A DNA stretch of 64,000 nt from Macrostomum hystrix (lineage: Eukaryota; Animalia; Platyhelminthes): the NCBI GenBank assembly GCA_950097015.1, contig CATNEN010000003.1, forward strand, positions 15,128,001-15,192,000. The letters run 5' to 3'. The notes under the pieces are model-generated. The model searched no databases. It was not told where the DNA came from and saw only the letters and a program-made list of their open reading frames with translations. Each line of letters starts with the position of its first letter. The first letter of the stretch is position 1. Shown here in pieces: positions 24,897 through 37,469 of this stretch. Made by a program: the position numbers and the translations under genes.

Positions 24897-25450
24897 GAGA
24901 AGTAGACTGACAGTGAGGAGTAGATTGACAGTGAGAAGTAGACTGACAGTGAGAAGTAGACTGACAGTGAGAAGTAGACTGACAGTGAGAAGTAGATTGA
25001 CAGTGAGAAGTAGACTGACAGTGAGAAGTAGAGTGGCAGTGAGAAGTAGAGTGACAGTGAGAAGTAGAGTGGCAGTGAGAAGTAGATTGACAGTGAGAAG
25101 TAGATTGACAGTGAGAAGTTGAGTGACAGTGAGAAGTAGAGTGACAGTGAGAAGTAGATTGACAGTGAGAAGTAGACTTACAGTGAGAAATAGAGTGACA
25201 GTGAGAAGTAGATTGACAGTGAGAAGTAGATTGACAGTGAGAAGTAGAGTGACAGTGAGAAGTAGACTGACAGTGAGAAGTAGATTGACAGTGAGAAGTA
25301 GATTGACAGTGAGAAGTAGAGTGACAGTGAGAAGTAGATTGACAGTGAGAAGTAGAGTGACAGTGAGAAGTAGACTGACAGTGAGAAGTTGAGTGACAGT
25401 GAAAAGTTGATTGACAGTGAGAAGTAGATTGACAGTGAGAAGTAGATTGA
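24897..25450. repeat. 18-bp minisatellite (GACAGTGAGAAGTAGATT)n, 3' of Tlx
   Basis: Direct periodicity. Confidence 0.95.
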
Positions 25451-25649
25451 TATTTAGATTTGATATTAAGAAAGCATATTTAAAGTTAAAGCAAATTAAT
25501 TATGTTGTTTTTTTAGGATTATAGAAAAACAAAAAGGCAAGTTTGATAAAAAAATTCTAATCAGTTTAGATCGTGATGGGCTTCGAATTTAGTTTTCAAG
25601 GCAAAAACAGCAGCAGCAGCAGCAGCCTGTGACTACCAAGTTGATCCCT

Positions 25650-27675
25650 TTACTCATTCTCTGGACAAGCAGCATCGCTCTCTTCGCCGCTGTCTAGACT
25701 ATCATCGGCGTCGGTCATCGCCCCGGACACGTCAAGCTCCAACTCCGGCCAGGCGACGGCCGCGGCGGCGGAGCCATTCGCTGAAGCCGCTGCTGCGGCT
25801 GCGGCTGCTGCTGCTTGGATACCGATGAGGTAGCGACTGGCCGCTTGACGCTCCGCTTCCCGCTCCTCGGTTGTCTGTCGACTGTGGGGGGCGATGAAGT
25901 GGAGGGTGAGAAGTAGTTAAGGGACGTTGAGAAGTAGATAAGGGAGGTTGAGAAGTAGATAAGGGACGTTGAGAAGTAGATAAGGGAGGTTGAGAAGTAG
26001 ATAAGGGAGGTTGAGAAGTAGATAAGGGAGGTTGAGAAGTAGATAAGGGAGGTTGAGAAGTAGATAAGGGAGGTTGAGAAGTAGATAAGGGAGGTTGAGA
26101 AGTAGATAAGGGAGGTTGAGAAGCAGATAAGGGAGGTTGAGTAGTAGATAAGGGAGACTGGAAAGTAGATAGGGGAGGTTGAGAAGTAGATAAGGGAGGT
26201 TGAGAAGCAGATAAGGGAGGTTGAGTAGTAGATAAGGGAGACTGGAAAGTAGATAGGGGAGGTTGAGAAGTAGATAAGAGAGTTTGAGAAGTAGACAATT
26301 GATGTTGAGAAGTAGAATAAAAAGTTTAGAAGCTAGATTGAATAGATTGAAAAGTAGATAAATGAAAGAGTAAAGCATGCAACGTCGGGAAGGGGTTGGG
26401 CAGCAGAGATTAGGAAGATAATATAGATAAGGGATAAGAAGGGAGAGTGTTAATTTACAGTAAGAAAATAAATTTGTGAAAATTGTTTCAATATAAAGAG
26501 TTCAGCAGATATTAGGGGACTAAACAATCTCATAAAATGCTTCACTCACCGCCATTTCGTTCTTCGATTCTGGAACCATGTTTTCACCTGCGCGTCGGTC
26601 ATTTTCAAACCTTTGGCTAAAGTGGCCCGCTCCGATGAAGCCAGATACTTCTGCTGATGAAATCGCTTTTCAAGTTCCATGACCTGCAGATTTGAAAAAA
26701 AAATCTTTAAACTTGAACTTTCAGAGGCTGAGGACACAATAATCAGAATTTTCTAAGAAACTGAAGACACGACGTAAATTTTCCGAGAAACAAACAATAA
26801 AACCCTGAATTTTCCAAGAAGCTGAAACATAAATACCTGAATTTTCCAAGAAACTGAAACATAAATACCAGAATTTTCCAAGAAACTGAAACATAAATAC
26901 CTGAATTTTCCTAGAAACTGAAACATAAAAACCTGAATTTTCCAAGAAACTGAAACATAAATACCTGAATTTTCCAAGAAACTTAAACATAAATACCCGA
27001 ATTTTCCAAGAAACTGAAACATTAATTCCTGAATTTTCTAAGAAACTAAAAAAATAGGACCGGGTTTCTCCAAAAAATATGATCAGAATTGTCCAAGTAA
27101 CCGAAGAAACGAAACCTGAATTTTCAGAGAAAATGAGAATAAAAAACCCGCATTTTCCAAGAAACTAAAGACATGAAATCTGCATTTCCTGAGCAACGGA
27201 AGACACAAGACCTGATATTTTTTACTAGCTTAGAATTAAGTTACTTGCTATATTCTGGAAACAAATGTGAGCTTGATTTTTTAACGAAAATCCAGGGAAG
27301 ACAATTTTTTTAATAAACTGATGACGCAGAAGCTGAATTTCTAAGAAACCGGGAATTTTCCGCGAAATTGATAGTCTGAGGAAACGAAACCTGTTGCTAT
27401 CAGAATACATTTTCGCATGCAAAAAAAATAAATTTCAGCTCTTTAATACCTGAAATCTGGAAAATGACGTTCTTGGCTTCTTCCGTTTTGGCGGCGAGCG
27501 ATTCTGGTACGGGTGTCCGATCCGTCTGGGATCTGGAAGACGTTGATGCTTTCAGGTATTTTGTCCATCGATTTTGTTTTTTTCACGGGTAAAAAAGCGT
27601 CTGCTATACTCACATAGAAGGCGTTCTTTTCGTAAAGCCTCCAACCATTGCGCCTGAAGACCAGACAGACTTGGC

Positions 27676-27743
<68 letters not shown>

Positions 27744-27835
27744 TTGTTGCATTGTTGAAGAAGACAGAGGCGGTTGCAAATTTAGCTGCATCGTTGAAAT
27801 CTGTAAAGGTTGAGACGCTGGATGCGGTAACTGAG

Positions 27836-27873
<38 letters not shown>

Positions 27874-28169
27874 CTCAGCATATTCCAGATAAACAAATTG
27901 GCGGCACTGAAATCATTCTGCGGATTTGGAAACGGAGTCCCGCTAGGCCCGAAAAGCAGATGCTGAGGAAGCAGAGATGTCGGCGTTGGCGGTAGCAAAG
28001 CATGCTGCTGCTGCTGCTGCTGCTGGGCAAAGCTTAAAAAAGTAGACGGAGCCGCATCCTCGCCTAGACCGCTAGATTGTCTCACACTGTCGTTATTGTT
28101 GTCAGCATTGTTGCTGTTGCCTAGTAGATTATCTATGCGAAATCGATACGATCGATCAGGCGCTGACAT
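25650..28169 (-). CDS. Tlx: Tlx/Hox11 (C15) NKL homeobox transcription factor; exons 28169-27614, 27532-27450, 26683-26550, 25881-25650
   Basis: eh1-like FRIDNLL; diagnostic [22 protein letters not shown]; homeodomain [51 protein letters not shown]; poly-Q from (CAG)n. Confidence 0.95.
25905..26300. repeat. 21-bp minisatellite (GTTGAGAAGTAGATAAGGGAG)n in Tlx intron 3
   Basis: Direct periodicity. Confidence 0.95.
26745..27200. repeat. 32-bp minisatellite (GAATTTTCCAAGAAACTGAAACATAAATACCT)n in Tlx intron 2
   Basis: Direct periodicity with degenerate edges. Confidence 0.88.
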
Positions 28170-28581
28170 GATTAATCTTGACTGTGCGTTGCTTTCAAAG
28201 AAATTAATATTTCGATCAGGATATTTTAGAAAGAAAACTCTTCAGTTTTAATAGGGAGCGGGAGAAAGCTTTTAATTGCCTCAGAGGCGCGCAGGATTGG
28301 GGTTGGCGTTTTGTCCCGAGCCAATCCGAGAGACACTTCGCCACTCCTTCCCACCCTCCTTCAGCCAGTTTTATCCCAATAGGAATCTCGCGAAGAGGTT
28401 CTAGTCCTATAGTTGTCCGGTTAAAAGACGCTGAATTGACAAAAAACTATTGCTTTAACTTTTTTAAATTTAATAGTAGGAAGACCACAGGGGGGTATTT
28501 TTACGATTCAACGATATTCAACGAAAAATTTTTGAACCAAATGGTGGAATCTTGTAGGCAGTGACTGTAGCCTACAAAGGT

Positions 28582-28845
28582 TGTAGCCTAGAGGTTAGGG
28601 CGTCGGACTTACGACTTAAAGGTCGGGGGTTCGATTCCCGACTCTACTGAAACAATTTGTCTTTTAGCAAGACACTTAACTCTGCATTGCTTCAGTTCAC
28701 CCAGCTGTTAAATTGGTACCAGCATTAGCTGGGATAATTGAAGGTGGGTGTGGCGTCTCCCCAGTCCATGGACTGAACAGAGCTGTACGCAGTCTTCAGA
28801 TGCGCAATAGCTGCGGCTGTGCTGTCGGCTGCACATCAGGTCCGA
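28582..28845 (+). mobile_element. SINE family A, near full length
   Basis: A-box TAGCCTAGAGGTTAGG, B-box GGTTCGATTCCC, CORE-like body, AT-rich tail. Confidence 0.9.
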
Positions 28846-30016
28846 TTATAATAATTGTTAAGGTACCCGCTAATTTTTGGGATTTAAAAATGGGGATTTC
28901 TAAAACATAATCACAAGCAGAACTCCCTTTTTATCTGTTAGAGATGCTTTCAAAGCTAAAGAAAGTGTTGTTTTGTGGGATTTTAGGCCTCGACAGAAAA
29001 AAATAAGGCCTAAACGTGGGCAAGTGCGCATTGTGTGTTGCTTTAATTGGATTGGTCCATTATATTATGGTTCTGCACAAGTGAAAGCTGGCAGACGGTT
29101 AGTTGGCAGGGGGCTAATTTCCTTGACATGACTTATCTTCCTGTTCAGCACTAAACACGGACGGCGGCTATTAGATAGCGATCAAAAACTGAGCATTGGT
29201 TTAGTGGATTAGCGGTGTATACGAAGTAGTTTGTTGTTGTTGTCAAGGGGAAACAGGGGGATAATCATAATTATCAGCAAAATGGCCTCTCTCGTCTCTA
29301 CACGCAATCTATATTGCCTTCTTCTAAAAGATACACTGGCCCCCAAAACAGTTAGATATATGATATACCTAGTTAAACAAATTAACACTAGGCTACGGGT
29401 TCTTTCCAGGCAGTTAAAGGCATGCAGTTAACTCCAATTAGCGCTTAGCAGTTCAAATAATGTGTTCCAACTATCAGCAAGCCAAAACCAACTACGAGTA
29501 AAAGAAGACCCATCAGCCAAGTGTATATTATTATCATTAGTCAACGACTTATAATTCCTTCCAATTATCTGGCTATAATCTCTAGTTAGCCTAGGAAAAT
29601 GAATATTAGCCCTATTCAGCCGACTGCATGAGCCCATGCAGGCTATAAAAACTCGAACAAGTTAACGATCTCTGGCCCCAATGGCCCCACGAATTTGAAA
29701 TGCCAACAATCTGGTTACTTTGAGGGAGGCCCGCAGAAAATGTTCCTTGGGGAATTCACACAGTCAGTTAAAATCTATTCAACAAACAACATAGTATTAG
29801 TTGATTTGGGATATCGTATTCACTGGGGAGTTAACCTCTGGGAATATCAAACTAAATTACGAAATAAATGTATAGGAGGTTGATTTTCAGTTCGTGTCAG
29901 AATCGATCTCACACTTAGCGGCTGGATTAGTCCTGCAGAAAGAGCAGGGAATGAGAATAAGAGTCAAAGTTTGAGTGATAGAAGAAGATTGAGAAGTAGA
30001 ATGATATAATAATAAT

Positions 30017-30376
30017 AATTGCAGGAGGGCTGCGCGAGCGAAGGTATATACATTCATTTGGTGACACTAGACCCGCAGCCAGCGAGGAGGCAATTCTGCC
30101 CATTTCGCTGACTCCTGAGCACACACGCACACAGATGCCGTACGCAGGCACACGCTCACAAAGGAGTGTACAACTGCCCTGACTTTCTCATCGTCAGACA
30201 GTGTACACTCTCACTGTGCCTTGGAGGTTGGCCCTCAATGACGTAAATTGCACGACAAGCCCCCAAGCCTTCTGTCCGCGGCTGCGCCCCAAATGAATGT
30301 GGCCTCGCTGCGGAAGCGAACTCACGGACCTTGGTGCGAGAGGCAAACGCGTTAACCGCTCTGCCATTGACCCCCC
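30017..30376 (-). mobile_element. SINE family B, full length (~360 bp)
   Basis: Head with A-box TGGCAGAGCGG and B-box GAGTTCG(C)TTCC, (ATT)n tail, degenerate TSD gaagtagaatgat/gatgtagagtgat. Confidence 0.88.
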
Positions 30377-30396
30377 GATGTAGAGTGATTGACGAA

Positions 30397-30560
30397 GAGT
30401 GAGAAGTGGAGAGATAGAAGTTGAGTGAGAAGTGGAGAGACAGAAGTTGAGTGAGAAGTGGAGAGATAGAAGTAGAGTGAGAAGTGGAGAGATAGAAGTT
30501 GAGTGAGAAGTGGAGAGATAGAAGTTGAGTGAGAAGTAGAGAGATAGAAGTTGAGTGAAA
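30397..30560. repeat. 26-bp tandem repeat (GAGTGAGAAGTGGAGAGATAGAAGTT)n
   Basis: ~6 units. Confidence 0.9.
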
Positions 30561-31087
30561 AATAGAGTATTTAAAGAAATTAGGAAAAATTAATACGGCA
30601 CTTAAAAAGTCAATTATTAAGCAGTCAAAACCGGCGCATGAAGGTGCGAAACCAGGTGTGTGTTGAGTATATTTGTATTTCAACAACTCAGACTTTTCTG
30701 TTTTATAAAAAATATTCGCCTCATTTATAGGGCAGAAAAACGCGAGGACTATTTATTTGTTTAATTACTTACTGTTTTAAAATTACGTTTCATAATTTTC
30801 TTTTGGGCCGAAATCAAAGATAAGATCGCGTGATAAGCGGATTAAAAAAAGCGAGGCAAACAGTTAAGGAATCGATGGGTGGTTTGTAGAAAATAGAGCT
30901 TTTTGGTGTGATACTTAAAATCTGTTGATAAAAAAGTAGCTATTTATACTACTTACGGCTTTAAGTAGTATAAAGAGCTTTTATACATAACTTTTTATTT
31001 TAAATCGGACAATTTCAAAATGATTTTTCTGAGAATTCAGAGAGTCGAGGACGCAATAAAAAACTGATTAATCAGAAAGAGATAATT

Positions 31088-34016
31088 CTAGTGCTGCTGC
31101 TTCGCCTTGCCTTTGGCCTTGGGCACCGGCGCCATGATGTACACCAGCTCCGAGGCCTTCTGATACAACTGTTCCAGATCTTTCTCTTCGTGCAGCGCTG
31201 CAATGCGAGCCGACTGCGGCCTGGTGTACTTTCCCAGCGGCGCCGGCTCACCCCGACGGGCCGTATCACCTCCGCTGCCGCCGCCGCCGCTGCCTGCGCC
31301 GTTCTGGCTGTCGTTGGCTGCGCCGGTCTCGTTCGCTTCGCCAGATTCCACAGCCTCCTGCTGCTGTCCGCGACGTTCCTCTTCAGCGGCTGCCTGTTAG
31401 TGGAGCATTTTTCTGTCATTTTCGATCCCTTTTTATTGATCTGAAAATGAATAAACAGAGGTTCCTTACCTCCTCTTTGTGATGCTTTTCATCAGCACGA
31501 CGCTTCTCTTCTTCGTACTCTTCGAGCTGAAAATGAAAATATAAGCGCGGCGTGGGGTGGGTGTTTATATCGGTTGCCTTCTGAGATCATCGTACATTCA
31601 TGCCCAGTTTAATCGAATCTATTTTTAGCAACACGATAAGAGAGCCAAGCTAATAAAATATTTTAGCTCTAAGGTCAGCAGTTATCACGCGATGCTTGCG
31701 TGACTTGGTTTAAAAATAGAATCCCAACTCGTAAGTTCCTGGAATAAAAGTTCTGGAATTATTCGCTTCTGACTGTTCATCGTAAGCACATTAAGACCAA
31801 TATGTGTACACCAAGCCCATTTAAAGATTAATATATTTTTTATGAGAATCTACTCTTGAGCGCCAAGGCAAACGGCTGTGATGTTTTCGCGTGATATACG
31901 TGATGATCACGTGCTGTTTTCGTGATATATACTTTTAAATAGTTCTATTTTTAACGACAAAAGAAAGAAACCAACCGTCTTGTTGGGATTCGGCGGCCAG
32001 AAATCCTTCCACTCGGCGTCGCGCTGATTGTCTTCGGATTTTGCATTCCGCTTGTCGTCGTTTTCGACTACACCCTCCATCACCAGTTTCCGAATTCGCT
32101 TTTTCTCAGACTCGGCTAATTGCTTCTCTTTTGCTTGCTGGCTTTCCTGTAGAAAGTAATCAAGCGTTGTCAATAGAAAAGGATTAGATATATGCCTTAG
32201 TTAAGCTGATTTTATATTTTGATCGTCAATCTCGTTCCTTTACGCTATCAACCTAACAGTCCCTGACTTACAATGTCTACACGGCTTGACGAAGAAAAAT
32301 TTAATTAAGGCAGGCATCAAAAACTTCTCTTACATAATACTTGACCTCCAGTCGGGTCTGTAGCTCGTGCACAAACTTCTTATCGGTGACGTCTGGCTCG
32401 CGATCGCCCATCACCTGGTCGTAACGACGCTGACGCTGGGTTGCCGGCATCTTCGCTGCTGCTGCTGCCGCCTTCGCCGCTGGAGATGGTCCTAGTGGTG
32501 GTGGGGTCAAGTCAGGTAAGATTAAGAACTCAAAGGTGTATGATAATAACAATAGAACACCGATTATGACAGAAAAGAAATGCAAGATTGGTTCTACGTC
32601 CAGGATTGGGTTTCCGTGATTTTAGATAAGGGTTTCCGTGATTTTAGATAAGGGTTTCCGTGATTGTAGATTTGGGTTTCCGTGATTTTAGATAAGGGTT
32701 TCCGTGATTTTAGATAAGGGTTTCCGTGATTGTAGATTTGGGTTTCCGTGATTTTAGATAAGGGTTTCCGTGATTTTAGATAAGGGTTTCCGTGATTGTA
32801 GATTTGGGTTTCCGTGATTTTAGATAAGGGTTTCCGTGATTGTAGATTTGGGTTTCCGTGATTGTAGATTTGGGTTTCCCGTGGTTGTAGATTTGGGTTT
32901 CCGTGATTGTAGATTTGGGTTTCCCGTGGTTGTAGATTTGGGTTTCCGTGATTGTAGATTTGGGTTTCCGTGACTGTAGATTTGGGTTTCCGTGACTGTA
33001 GATTTGGGTTTCCGTGATTGTAGATTTGGGTTTCCCGTGGTTGTAGATTTGGGTTTCCCGTGATTGTAGATTTGGGTTTCCCGTGATTGTAGATTTGGGT
33101 TTCCCGTGGTTGTAGATTTGGGTTTCCGTGATTGTAGATTTGGGTTTCCCGTGATTGTAGATTTGGGTTTCCGTGATTGTAGATTTGGGTTTCCCGTGGT
33201 TGTAGATTTGGGTTTCCGTGATTGTAGATTTGGGTTTCCCGTGGTTGTAGATTTGGGTTTCCCGTGATTGTAGATTTGGGTTTCCCGTGATTGTAGATTT
33301 GGGTTTCCCGTGGTTGTAGATTTGGGTTTCCGTGATTGTAGATTTGGGTTTCCCGTGGTTGTAGATTTGGGTTTCCGCGATTGTAGATTTGGGTTTCCGT
33401 GATTTTAGATAAGGGTTTCCGTGATTGTAGATTTGGGTTTCCGTGATTGTAGATTTGGGTTTCCCGTGGTTGTAGATTTGGGTTTCCGTGATTGTAGATT
33501 TGGGTTTCCCGTGGTTGTAGATTTGGGTTTCCGTGATTGTAGATTTGGGTTTCCGTGATTGTAGATTTGGGTTTCCGTGATTATAGATTTGGGTTTCCGT
33601 GATTGTAGATTTGGGTTTCCGTGATTGTAGATTTGGGTTTCCGTGATTATAGATTTGGGTTTCCGTGATTGTAGATTTGGGTTTCCGTGACTGTAGATTT
33701 GGGTTTCCGTGACTGTAGATTTGGGTTTCCGTGATTGTAGATTTGGGTTTCCCGTGGTTGTAGATTTGGGTTTCCGTGATTGTAGATTTGGGTTTCCCGT
33801 GGTTGTAGATTTGGGTTTCCGTGATTGTAGATTTGGGTTTCCCGTGGTTGTAGATTTGGGTTTCCGCGATTGTAGATTTGGTTTCCATAATTTGGATTCC
33901 ATGTATTGTGGATTTAGGTTCCGGGATTGTGACAAATCGCAAAAATACAGTAATTCGTCAGAGGTTCGATTCTTCTAATAAAGTTATAACACATGCTTAC
34001 CTCCGCCGGGTGACAT
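31088..34016 (-). CDS. Uncharacterised charged/coiled-coil protein; exons 34016-34001, 32491-32346, 32146-31976, 31526-31470, 31393-31088 (5' end uncertain)
   Basis: Phase-compatible GT-AG exons give MSPGGGPSPAAK..YDQVMGDREPDVTDKKF..WKDFWPPNPNKTLEEYEEEKR..YTRPQSARIAAL; family not recognised. Confidence 0.65.
32607..33890. repeat. 22/23-bp minisatellite (GGGTTTCCGTGATTGTAGATTT)n in intron 1 of the unknown gene
   Basis: Direct periodicity. Confidence 0.96.
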
Positions 34017-34657
34017 TTTAATGTTTATTCCTCTGCTTCTTTTTTCTTTTCACTTAGGTAGATTTTTCTACAGTTTGAAAGCAAATTTGTTTGACTAAAA
34101 TAAGTGCAGTTGCTTTCCCTTGCTTGTTATAGCTCGCTAGCTGAGAATTTAGATAATTATGAGTGTACACAGCCGGAGCTTGGGGTGGCTGCTGAGCCGT
34201 TGTCATAGTTGCTACGCGCTCTTTTTTTCCCCCAGACGGGAGAAGCGCGAATTGGTAAGGCCTGTAAACCTCGTCTCCAACCAAAAAATTCTTTTCATCC
34301 CATTCTCCTGGCCACCTCTTCCCAGAAAATGCTTCACCCTCGGGCTCTGCACCCAACACCTGACCTGCTATATAGCTACCTAGCTATTGTTGCACATTAA
34401 TGCAGTCTGGGTGGTACAGTTGCATGGAGACTGGTTAATCGGGATAGCATGGGAATAGAACGATGGAGACTGGTGGAGAGGGCGAAAGTTTAAGGATAAA
34501 TTTCTCATGGCGACGATAGACACTCAGGCAGTGAGATACAGCTTAGAGAGGTACCGTTACCCATAGCAACAGTAATTGCACTGAGTACAAGTCAGCAGGA
34601 AACAACTGAAGACCACTACAACTGCAAGCAACTTTTCACAATTAATTGATCCAATCA

Positions 34658-35072
34658 AAGGAAACTGAAGGAATAAACTGAAGGAAACTGAAGGAAACTG
34701 AAGGAAACTGAAGGAAGAAACTGAAGGAAACTGAAGGAAGAAACTGAAGGAAACTGATGGAAGAAACTGAAGGAAACTGAAGGAAGAAACTGAAGGAAGA
34801 AACTGAAGGAAACTGATGGAAACTGAAGGAAACTGAAGGAAGAAACTGAAGGAAACTGAAGGAAGAAACTGAAGGAAACTTAAGGAAGAAACTGAAGGAA
34901 ACTGAAGGAAACTGAAGGAAGAAACTGAAGGAAACTGAAGGAAGAAACTGAAGGAAACTGAAGGAAGAAACTGAAGGAAACTGATGGAAACTGAAGGAAA
35001 CTGAAGGAAGAAACTGAAGGAAGAAACTGAAGGAAACTGAAGGAAGAAACTGAAGGAAACTGAAGGAAACTG
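34658..35072. repeat. 10/14-bp purine repeat (AAACTGAAGG[AAG])n
   Basis: Direct periodicity. Confidence 0.93.
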
Positions 35073-35827
35073 AGAGCTTCAAAGAAATATAAAGCAAAAA
35101 GTTGGTTTAGTTTTTACAGGACAAATAATTGTGCAATAAAAGACAATCTTTCACCCCAACAACAGACTTACCACAAGTAACGAAAGCAGAAAAACCCACA
35201 GGTTAGTCTGCAAGCTGGAAATTATTAGTTGCTAGGATAGACACCGAGCAGACAGACTATATCCAGACAGTTGAGTAGTAGAAGTGCTCACGCCATTGGC
35301 TAGATAATTTAGCCTGTCCCCCAAGTCACTGTCCATACACTTTGAGAAGTTCGCAAAAAAAGAATAAAAAGCACGAGACAGAAATTTTCTAACCGGCAGA
35401 CCAGTACAGACCCGCCCCTTATCGCACACGCAATAAATAGCTCAAGCTAGTTTATTTCTGTTGAGAACAATTGTCGGCTTTGAGCTGTTCCTTCTGTGTA
35501 AAACCTTTTGAGTAGAGTGAGTGGATGGATAGACTATAAGATGGAGTAGAATTAAAAAAACTTTTTCTAAGCAGTACATTATTATTTCTAAAACATAAAC
35601 AGCTTTCTTGCTGCTATTGCTGTTACCCTTAAAGAATTGAAGCGACAAATGAGAAAACGAAACAGAATGTCAAATATACTAAACCTCTATTCATCACATT
35701 ATGGTTGGAAAGAACAATACCTTGAAACAAAAAGTAGAATTTAATTTCACTAAAATCTCAATGCCACATTTTTTTAGTCTAATTACCGTATTTTCTTTTC
35801 TAACCTCTCCAAACCTCTGGCCGATCA

Positions 35828-36367
35828 AATCCCAATCTCAGCCTCAATCTCATGCAATCCCAATCTGAGCCTCAATCTCATGCAATCCCAATCTCAGCCT
35901 CAATCTCATGCAATCCCAATCTCAGCCTCAATCTCATGCAATCCCAATCTGAGCCTCAATCTCATGCAATCCCAATTTCAGCCTCAATCTCATGCAATCC
36001 CAATCTGAGCCTCAATCTCATGCAATCCCAATCTCAGCCTCAATCTCATGCAATCCCAATCTGAGCCTCAATCTCATGCAATCCCAATCTCAGCCTCAAT
36101 CTCATGCAATCCCAATCTGAGCCTCAATCTCATGCAATCCCAATTTCAGCCTCAATCTCATGCAATCCCAATCTGAGCCTCAATCTCATGCAATCCCAAT
36201 CTCAGCCTCAATCTCATGCAATCCCAATCTGAGCCTCAATCTCATGCAATCCCAATCTCAGCCTCAATCTCATGCTATCCCAATCTCAGCCTCAATCTCA
36301 TGCAATCCCAATCTGAGCCTCGATCTCATGCAATCCCAATCTCAGCCTCAATCTCATGCAATCCCAA
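35828..36367. repeat. 28-bp minisatellite (CAATCTCATGCAATCCCAATCTCAGCCT)n
   Basis: Direct periodicity. Confidence 0.95.
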
Positions 36368-36464
36368 ACACAAAGCTACGACAAGTGGTTTAAAACATCC
36401 GGACTTCCTTTCCTAATTCCACTCTCATGAAATCAAAATCTCAGCGAAGGAACATCCTTATTGA

Positions 36465-36730
36465 TTACACCTGCCCCAATTGGGCCAGATGTGCAGCCGA
36501 CAGCACAGCCGCAGCTATTGCGCGGCGCATCTGAAGGCTGCGTACGGCTGTTCAGTCCATGGACTGGGGGGACGCCACACCCAACCTCAATTACCCCAGC
36601 TAATGCTGGTACCCATTTAACAGCTGGGTGAACTGAACCAATGCAGAGTTAAGTGCCTCGCTAAAGGACACATTTTTTTCCAGTAGAGTCGGGACTCGAA
36701 CCCCCGACCTTCAATTCGTGAGTCAACGCT
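36465..36730 (-). mobile_element. SINE family A
   Basis: Reverse complement matches 28582-28845 including the B-box and the 3' hairpin ctggcccaattggggcag. Confidence 0.9.
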
Positions 36731-37469
36731 CAGAGCTCTTTGTAACCTTGCAATAAAACCTTTCTAAAGTATAAACTCAGTAAAAGTTCAGTGGTAACAA
36801 AAAATAACGCAAATAGTAATAAACATATAATTAATGCCGTGAATAACCGTTGAATGAGTTCAGCGCTAATATGGCATGTAGCCAAAAATAGCTGGTTCCA
36901 AGAATTATAACAAATGATGAATATTTATTTAACAGCATCTTGCCAAGCTAGGAACGGATTGCTAATTTGTAGTTAAAAATTAATTGCATGATGAAATATA
37001 GTCAATTATTATAGCATTCTCTATGGACACAGTATTGACAAATTTACAATAGTGGGGCGATAACCTAACTGACAAAATAGAAATATTTGTTTAAACAATA
37101 CAAAATGCAGCCGGGATTAGAAATACAATTCTAAATTACAATTTTTGCACCAACTCAAAATCGTGAGCACATCGGAAAGCTTTCTAAGAAAGATTAAAAA
37201 CTTACGGAAGGAAATAAAACGATAAGTGGGTAAAAACGATTATCGCGAACTGGCTATGCTCAAGTGAGTGATAAGATCCCGAAACTGTACTTTTTACACA
37301 CAGATAAAATCCCATATCTAGTCCTCCTAATCTCATAAAACTGTATCTGCAATCTTAAAAATATATTAAGACCATTGAAATCCCTATTACACATACTAGT
37401 CAAGTTTCAATAATCCCAAGTCTTTCTTAATTTCGTCGGTTCCGAATCTCAGATCCCGTAGCGGATGCC

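Noticed and set aside
28582-28650. tRNA genes at SINE heads (also 58358, 56264, 47176, 58955)
   Set aside because: No intact acceptor stem, and most continue into a shared SINE body
31072-31419. 115-aa alternative-frame ORF
   Set aside because: The acceptor ctaacag at 31394 supports the other frame, which continues the Glu-rich sequence
32776-33942. 388-aa repetitive ORF
   Set aside because: 22/23-bp array inside an intron
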